A program made the translations under genes and the position numbers. Of a stretch of 64,000 nucleotides of DNA, positions 59,701-64,000 are shown piece by piece; within the stretch, counting starts at the first letter, position 1, and the number at the start of each line of letters is the position of its first letter. This DNA comes from an uncultured Planctomycetaceae bacterium. GTDB taxonomy: Bacteria; Planctomycetota; Planctomycetia; Planctomycetales; Planctomycetaceae. Location: positions 310,001 to 374,000 of the forward strand of contig CAXBME010000003.1 in assembly GCA_963976765.1 (NCBI GenBank), in the 5' to 3' direction. The notes beneath the pieces are model-generated. The model was not told the DNA's origin and did no database searches. It worked only from the letters and a program-made list of their open reading frames with translations.

Positions 59701-61480
59701 CACCCGTCTCGATCTCCCATTCATCAAACCAGACCTTCACGCCTGCGTCCCGCAGATCGGCCGCCAGACGTCGAGCCAGCATCTTGTCCGCGCTGGAGTG
59801 CGAGAGGAAAACCTGCGGAGCGTCGTCAACTGGATCAATCTGTTCCGACTCGCCTTGATGGTTGGCGGGAGGTGTATCCCCGGTCTGAAACGCGGGCAGC
59901 ACGGATTCGAAATTGTCCCACACCAGCAGCAGGCGGCGATCGGCGAACTGCTCGGCGATCCAGTCGGCGCGTTCGGACTCGGGACGTTTGAAGAAGTCGT
60001 GCCCTTCCAGCGCGACGCCCGTCTGTTCGATCAGCCGAGCGACCGTCAGGTTCTCCTCGAACGAAACGAAGATCGCGCCGTCCGGAAACAACCCGGACCG
60101 CAGCCACCAGTGAGCAGCCTCGCGCGAGATCGTCGTCTTGCCCATGCCGCCCGGAGCGTGAATCACAACCGCTCGCTCTCGGATCAGCAGCCGTTCCAGC
60201 CGGTGCAACTCTCTCCCCCGCCCGTGGAAACCGGCTTTCGGTTCCGGGCCGAAGCCGTGAAAAAGGGGATCGGCGGCCTGCTTCTTCGAGCGGCGAGTTG
60301 GCTTCTTTGGCACCAGCACCGGATCGTTACCGGCCTGATAAAGCTGCGGGACGAACCAGTCCTGCAAGTCGACTGTCGGAGCGTCGGCGGTGATGCGGAC
60401 TCGCCGAGCTTTCGTCGACAGCACCTGATTGCGAGCCGCCTGCAAAGCGTCTCCCACCGAGCGACAGGCGGAGACCGATTCGTAAAAGCTCTGCATCAGG
60501 ATGCGGGTCATATCGACATGCACCGAGTGCCCCATCGCGACCACGCTGCCGACGCCCTGCTTGACGAGTGCTCCGGCCACGGTTTCGCGATCCAGCGTTT
60601 TCGTCGAGGTCCGGCAGGCTTCAAGGACGACCAGCGGCACCTTGAACCGCGACACCAGATCGCCGAACTGAGTGGCTCGAACGAGGTCCAGCGACTCGTC
60701 ATCGTTCTCGAAACAGAGCGCTCCGATGCCGGCTTCAGTCGGCAGCGTGGTGCCGTGCCCGTCGAAATGCACGACGTGATACGGCTGCCCGGCGTTCTTT
60801 GCATCTTCGAGCGTTTTCGTGAGAGCGGCGAGCGTGCCGGGCCGACAGAAGTCGAGCGTGATCTGCGGGTTGCCCGCGACGGCCTCGATGATGGCTTCCG
60901 GCGTGAAGCGAGGATCCAGAAACCCGGTGTTGTCTGGTCGGCAGACGACGGCCAGCACGCGCAGCCCGCCCGAGGTGTCGAGCGACTCAACAGGCGCAAT
61001 GACGTTCGGCTTCGCTCGTCGAACCACAGTCACACCGAGCTGATGCAGCAGCGTGCCGTCGCCGCCGTTGTCACCGCCGCCGACCCGCATCAGTTCCCAC
61101 GGAGTCCGAAAGGCAACTTCGTCGCGGGCAGTGTCGGCTCGCAGTTCCAGCCGCCCGCCGCCGGCATGTTGAACATCACGAATGAAACCTCCGAGCAGCA
61201 CAGCGGCATCAGGAATCGATCTGAGTCCGCTCCACAATTCGCGACCGTACTTCGCCAGCTGGGACTCGATGTCGAGAGCCCGCGAGACATTGCCGCCTTC
61301 CGGGTAGCTCATGAATTCTTCGATGTACCAGCGAATGTCGTCGCGCTGCTTCGAGGTCAGTCCTTCGCGCACGGAAATCGATTGACTGGTTTCGCCGTTG
61401 AATCGCAGGACCGCCGAACCTTCCCACGGACTGCCGGCGACGGTTTGGAAGGTCAATTCAACGACAGGCAGATCGGCCAT
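56750..61480 (-). CDS. NLR-like protein: CHAT (caspase-like) protease - STAND NTPase with inserted TIR domain - TPR repeats
   Basis: TPWEL, HFDGHG, VLEAC (CHAT); FHGRGREL, PGGMGKT, LLVWDNFE, LLVTCR, GHPLAL (STAND); VFLSHSS...WFD...WVEKEW (TIR); C-terminal TPRs. Confidence 0.92.
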   Translation of the reverse strand: MADLPVVELTFQTVAGSPWEGSAVLRFNGETSQSISVREGLTSKQRDDIRWYIEEFMSYPEGGNVSRALDIESQLAKYGRELWSGLRSIPDAAVLLGGFIRDVQHAGGGRLELRADTARDEVAFRTPWELMRVGGGDNGGDGTLLHQLGVTVVRRAKPNVIAPVESLDTSGGLRVLAVVCRPDNTGFLDPRFTPEAIIEAVAGNPQITLDFCRPGTLAALTKTLEDAKNAGQPYHVVHFDGHGTTLPTEAGIGALCFENDDESLDLVRATQFGDLVSRFKVPLVVLEACRTSTKTLDRETVAGALVKQGVGSVVAMGHSVHVDMTRILMQSFYESVSACRSVGDALQAARNQVLSTKARRVRITADAPTVDLQDWFVPQLYQAGNDPVLVPKKPTRRSKKQAADPLFHGFGPEPKAGFHGRGRELHRLERLLIRERAVVIHAPGGMGKTTISREAAHWWLRSGLFPDGAIFVSFEENLTVARLIEQTGVALEGHDFFKRPESERADWIAEQFADRRLLLVWDNFESVLPAFQTGDTPPANHQGESEQIDPVDDAPQVFLSHSSADKMLARRLAADLRDAGVKVWFDEWEIETGDSITQRIQAGLRESDFVAVLLTRQSVEHGWVEKEWQSRINEEAKSGRKLILPLKADDCELPPLLADRAFADFTIEYAAGLKQLLRALGVPTVLAGDGDRRTGSHRSQTIHSDSESAPNDGESPDGSTAGGNRPDDEHIQTRLAEFAKLADAWTRGKTRLLVTCRDPEVGLDSSGLTARSFALGELLIEEGLMLLVGYLDKLGVPRSEREKRGWTADVLRPIVQGALGHPLALELLTPHVKALGPQTVIDDLGKLLASSEQNHHEGRNRSIGYSLEFSIRHLTDASREVLPAIALLSGGCIDKMAQDVTGLDDTAWQTARAEFERLGLIRVDDPWIRPHPVLDVYTSRLEQAPLHDRFLDAAWNLCGAFDQMVRTPDSKVALGLLGGCEVVIRRAIALAVTRGQLEQAVGLASSLKLFLELTGRGSEGADLMTDLARHMTGPDSAASGGGQSPDSQGVDARNQGTYVPRSPEAETLTEIESNLIREAAMSRARTQATAAAEDLTRLLRRLDRVQHWDTHFERASANAILGRIHYNFEHHPSQAIAPLQAAADLFAELEATGFDNGDTTNRAATLGDLANAYVDLGRFDEALAVAEQGLTLDRQRKDNSAVARGLGRIAQILQRQGEYTQAEQRYDEALTAARAAGDDEAEGILWQGLGVMHLDRKRPDEAVPALRQALDAFTRASDTAGQMQVLNSLGNADKNRGHAEAALAWYERSLELAVQLGDLQGQAAARSNRAILLSNQAQTATDRHVRQTLLNQTISEERESLAIQQQLGHPANIAISHNNLAGRLRLLAVARASSPSPDSGATGSDEPVSLAGSPGPVIEPGSPGHELLDEAEHHARTALDLREQLRDPTTYQTLNLLAGIAEARGDASSSAEWRARANAAYAEAQERAGAPSLPPDLVLQLAGLALTARQQQLSLSDALASAGADDPDAFLTTLDGAAPWLRPHLVVLADPNGKRPAVSVPEKFKDTLAGAWEATR
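57233..57316. repeat. REP-like inverted pair inside the CHAT-STAND CDS
   Basis: GGGGCCTGGGCTTCCAGCC...ACTCGGGCTGGAAGCCCGAGCCAC. Confidence 0.65.
58292..58371. repeat. REP-like inverted pair inside the CHAT-STAND CDS
   Basis: CGGCGAGCGGGG-CACGTAAGTACCCTGAT...ATCGGGAGATTGACCT-CCCCGCTCGCCG with perfect 12-bp termini. Confidence 0.75.
59299..59407. repeat. Degenerate GTAG-type REP pair inside the CHAT-STAND CDS
   Basis: CGTCGGGCCGGTTCCC...GAGAACCGGTCCTACG. Confidence 0.55.
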
Positions 61481-61628
61481 CAGTCACACACTTTCGGCTC
61501 ACGAATAGTCCCTGGTCAGCATCCGTGCCGCTGATTCGCGTGCCAGTCTGCGAATGAAGTGTCCAGTTGGCAACCAACCGGCTTCGAACTGGTGTGAGTT
61601 TTCTATGCTCACAAACCCGGTGCTGGAA

Positions 61629-63122
61629 TTACTGCACCAGAAAAATCTGCGGCGAGGGCGGCAGAGGTATCTCAGGGGTGATTCGCAAATCACCAACCAG
61701 TGCGGCTCTCATGGTCCCGACGACCGCGTTGAATTCAGACACGCCGGATCCCACCAGCATCAGATGGCCCCATTTCGCGTAGACAGCTCCGGCGAGCTTG
61801 TGCGAACCGCCGATTGGTGAGACAGGAGATTGCACAATGACAATGGGACGGCGGTCGTGCCGCCGCTGATAAATCGTGATGCCGTCAAACGGGCTACTCG
61901 GATCATCCAGGCCTGTAAGCATGGTTGGAAACAGGTCCTCGACGAGAACGACGCTGGGGGTCAAGGCGGACAAAAGTGATGCTGGCGGCTCCGAGTCGCC
62001 GTCCACCGAATCCGGAAGTCCAGTAACGGCATCGTAGGTTGACGAGTTGGTAACATAGAACATGACTCCCTCCGCGTTAATCCGCCCACCTGTCATCAAC
62101 AACGAAATGCCGTCTAGAGGTTCAGCACTGCGAATGACGTAAATTCCTGGCTCGAAATTCACCTTGCCGGAAATAATGTGAATCCACTCGTAAATTCCAG
62201 GCTCCAGCGTGACCGGTAGCCCGATCGGTAACCCTGCAATCGTGACGCCGCCACGCAAGGTCGTATCAACGTTGACCGGATCAACACTCGCCACCGGCAC
62301 GGGCAGGCGTCGGAACGGGTCAGCAACCGGCGACTGGTTGGCCTTCAGCGGGTTCGATTTGGCGGGGTCAACGTGCCCGGTGCTGGATGGCGTATCGACT
62401 CCACCAGTCACGCGAATTTCCTCCGCGAGCAGTTTCGACGTTCCGATAAATGGCGTTGCGGCAAGAGCGTACGGCGGGCCTGCGCCTGTCGAGACGGTCT
62501 GGCCGGCCTCGTCCACACCGCCCCATTCGTTGTTGATGGCGACCCTTCCATCCACGATCAGTCGGCCCAACCCTTCGACTTCCTGACCGCCGATAATTAC
62601 CGGCAGAGTCGGGATCGCAGGAGTGACGGACAGCACGGTGATCGCCTCTGGAGACGGATCGAGCACGATCAATGCCTGATCAACCGGGACGGCTTCGATG
62701 CCGGCGACAGACACCGTCCGGATTGTTGCCGGTGTGTCGTCGCCAAATGTACCCGCAAAAAACGTTGACGCCGGGTTGGAAACAACGACCTCGACAAAAC
62801 CGGTTCGTCCAGCAAAAGGCCCCTCAGATGGAGGACTACTGAGCGTCACCGTCGCACCGGCCAGGTCATTGAGATCGTGCACGAAATCTTCCGCAACGGA
62901 CGTGGCAGCGCTGAGTGATCCACCATCGGCGAGCACGTTCACTGCTGCAGTGCCCGCCGCGTCGGTCGCGTTCTGACAATGCCGATACTCCGCCATCAGG
63001 ATTGCACTATCGATCACAAGGGCAAGCATGCCGAAGATCGCAGTCAACGAGACAGCAACCAGCACAAGCACCTGGCCACTTCTCGGCGTGACAGCATTGT
63101 GATGACGATTCGCTTTTCGCAT
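61629..63122 (-). CDS. TadG-like Flp pilus assembly protein
   Basis: RSGQVLVLVAVSL...ALVID...QNATDAAG prepilin-like Tad N-terminus; start uncertain (ORF open to 63275). Confidence 0.82.
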   Translation of the reverse strand: MRKANRHHNAVTPRSGQVLVLVAVSLTAIFGMLALVIDSAILMAEYRHCQNATDAAGTAAVNVLADGGSLSAATSVAEDFVHDLNDLAGATVTLSSPPSEGPFAGRTGFVEVVVSNPASTFFAGTFGDDTPATIRTVSVAGIEAVPVDQALIVLDPSPEAITVLSVTPAIPTLPVIIGGQEVEGLGRLIVDGRVAINNEWGGVDEAGQTVSTGAGPPYALAATPFIGTSKLLAEEIRVTGGVDTPSSTGHVDPAKSNPLKANQSPVADPFRRLPVPVASVDPVNVDTTLRGGVTIAGLPIGLPVTLEPGIYEWIHIISGKVNFEPGIYVIRSAEPLDGISLLMTGGRINAEGVMFYVTNSSTYDAVTGLPDSVDGDSEPPASLLSALTPSVVLVEDLFPTMLTGLDDPSSPFDGITIYQRRHDRRPIVIVQSPVSPIGGSHKLAGAVYAKWGHLMLVGSGVSEFNAVVGTMRAALVGDLRITPEIPLPPSPQIFLVQ

Positions 63123-63287
63123 TCGGAGTGTCTGCTGTCTGAAAATAGTTGACGAGGTAAAGTCTGGCGGCTGACTTTGCAGCCCTTTCACTGGTTCCAT
63201 AAACGTCGTTTGAAACTCAACCAACGACGCGTTCCTGTTCTTCGACGCAGCGATTTTACGAGCCACTGTGGCCATAAATTCGTGAGG

Positions 63288-63782
63288 CTAATGCTGAATT
63301 CGCATAGTGCTGGCCCCTCGAAGCACAATTGGTTCTGTTCCAAACAGGAACGGAACGATGGGTTGATGTTGATAACTGACCAGGATGCGGACACGGTCAT
63401 TCATGGCGTTTCCACCGTCCGGCCACTCCGCCGTGATCGAGACATTCGCTGGCTCAAGTGCCACAAGCGCCGATCGGATAGTCGTTGCAATCTCGGATGA
63501 GTCTGCAGCCGAACCATTAAACGTGGACGGTCCCCATGACGCTCGTTCCGGTTCCGACAGCTCTCCTCGGACAATTGCTTCACGTGTGCCTCGCCGGGCT
63601 GCCTCCGAAACCAGGTTGAACCGAAGCACGCCCATCGCCAGATCAAGCATTCCCAGCAACAGAATCAGAATCACACTCAGAACAACCGCGCCTTCAATCA
63701 CGACGGCTCCACGTCGCTGATGGATCGTCGCGAATCGTCGCGTCATTGCACGGTCTGGGAATCGAGTTGAGGATGTTTTCAT
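63288..63782 (-). CDS. TadE-like pseudopilin
   Basis: RRGAVVIEGAVVL...EAARRGTR. Confidence 0.85.
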   Translation of the reverse strand: MKTSSTRFPDRAMTRRFATIHQRRGAVVIEGAVVLSVILILLLGMLDLAMGVLRFNLVSEAARRGTREAIVRGELSEPERASWGPSTFNGSAADSSEIATTIRSALVALEPANVSITAEWPDGGNAMNDRVRILVSYQHQPIVPFLFGTEPIVLRGASTMRIQH

Positions 63783-63813
63783 GGTGAGTCTCCAGGCGGT
63801 GTCGCAAATTCAG

Positions 63814-64000
63814 TCAAAGCTGGAGTTTCATGGTTGACTGTCGGTTCAGCTGAATGGTTTCCGGCAACCCGTTACTGCTGATCACCGGTTTAAACTCGTA
63901 GCCTGCATCGACCGAAACACGTTGACCACCAGCAGGGTCTACCGATACCTCGATCGCGATCTGAAGTGCCTCGATATCGAATCCGGGAGTCTCTGCCATT
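63814..64000 (-). CDS. 3' end of a probable TadE-like protein (runs off the window)
   Basis: RVSVDAGYEFKPV...IQLNRQSTM parallels the C-terminus of the adjacent TadE-like gene. Confidence 0.6.
   Translation of the reverse strand, partial: MAETPGFDIEALQIAIEVSVDPAGGQRVSVDAGYEFKPVISSNGLPETIQLNRQSTMKLQL

Noticed and set aside
59798..61534. 578-aa plus-strand ORF
   Set aside because: Antisense shadow of the GC-rich CHAT-STAND gene with no motifs.

Overview
The window looks like Planctomycete chromosomal DNA, based on two LEPRxLL-type extracellular proteins, three sulfatases and GTAG/GTGG-type REP palindromes. 1-18.9 kb is a stress/ion-homeostasis island. It holds a complete N-type ATPase operon (atpDCQRBEFAG) with Na+-type c-subunit ligands, four universal stress protein genes, a beta-CASP nuclease fused to a LOG-family nucleosidase, a P-type ATPase, a TerB-like protein and an orphan NtrC-type regulator, with 5-6 sigma-54 (-24/-12) promoter motifs in front of these genes. 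19-49 kb carries cytochromes c, sulfatases, a flippase, large RTX and duplicated-domain surface proteins, a GT2, aat, secreted catabolic enzymes and several gene remnants. 49-53 kb is an FHA-GAF-class III cyclase / MBL phosphodiesterase / murG operon whose cyclase has guanylyl-cyclase-like specificity residues. 54-61.5 kb has an HTTM pair and a GC-rich 1576-aa NLR-like protein (CHAT protease-STAND NTPase-TPR). That protein has a TIR domain inserted inside the NTPase and three different REP palindromes inserted in frame. The window ends in Tad/Flp pilus genes. No rRNA, tRNA or CRISPR array was seen. All assignments come from motif recognition by eye; no database search was run.
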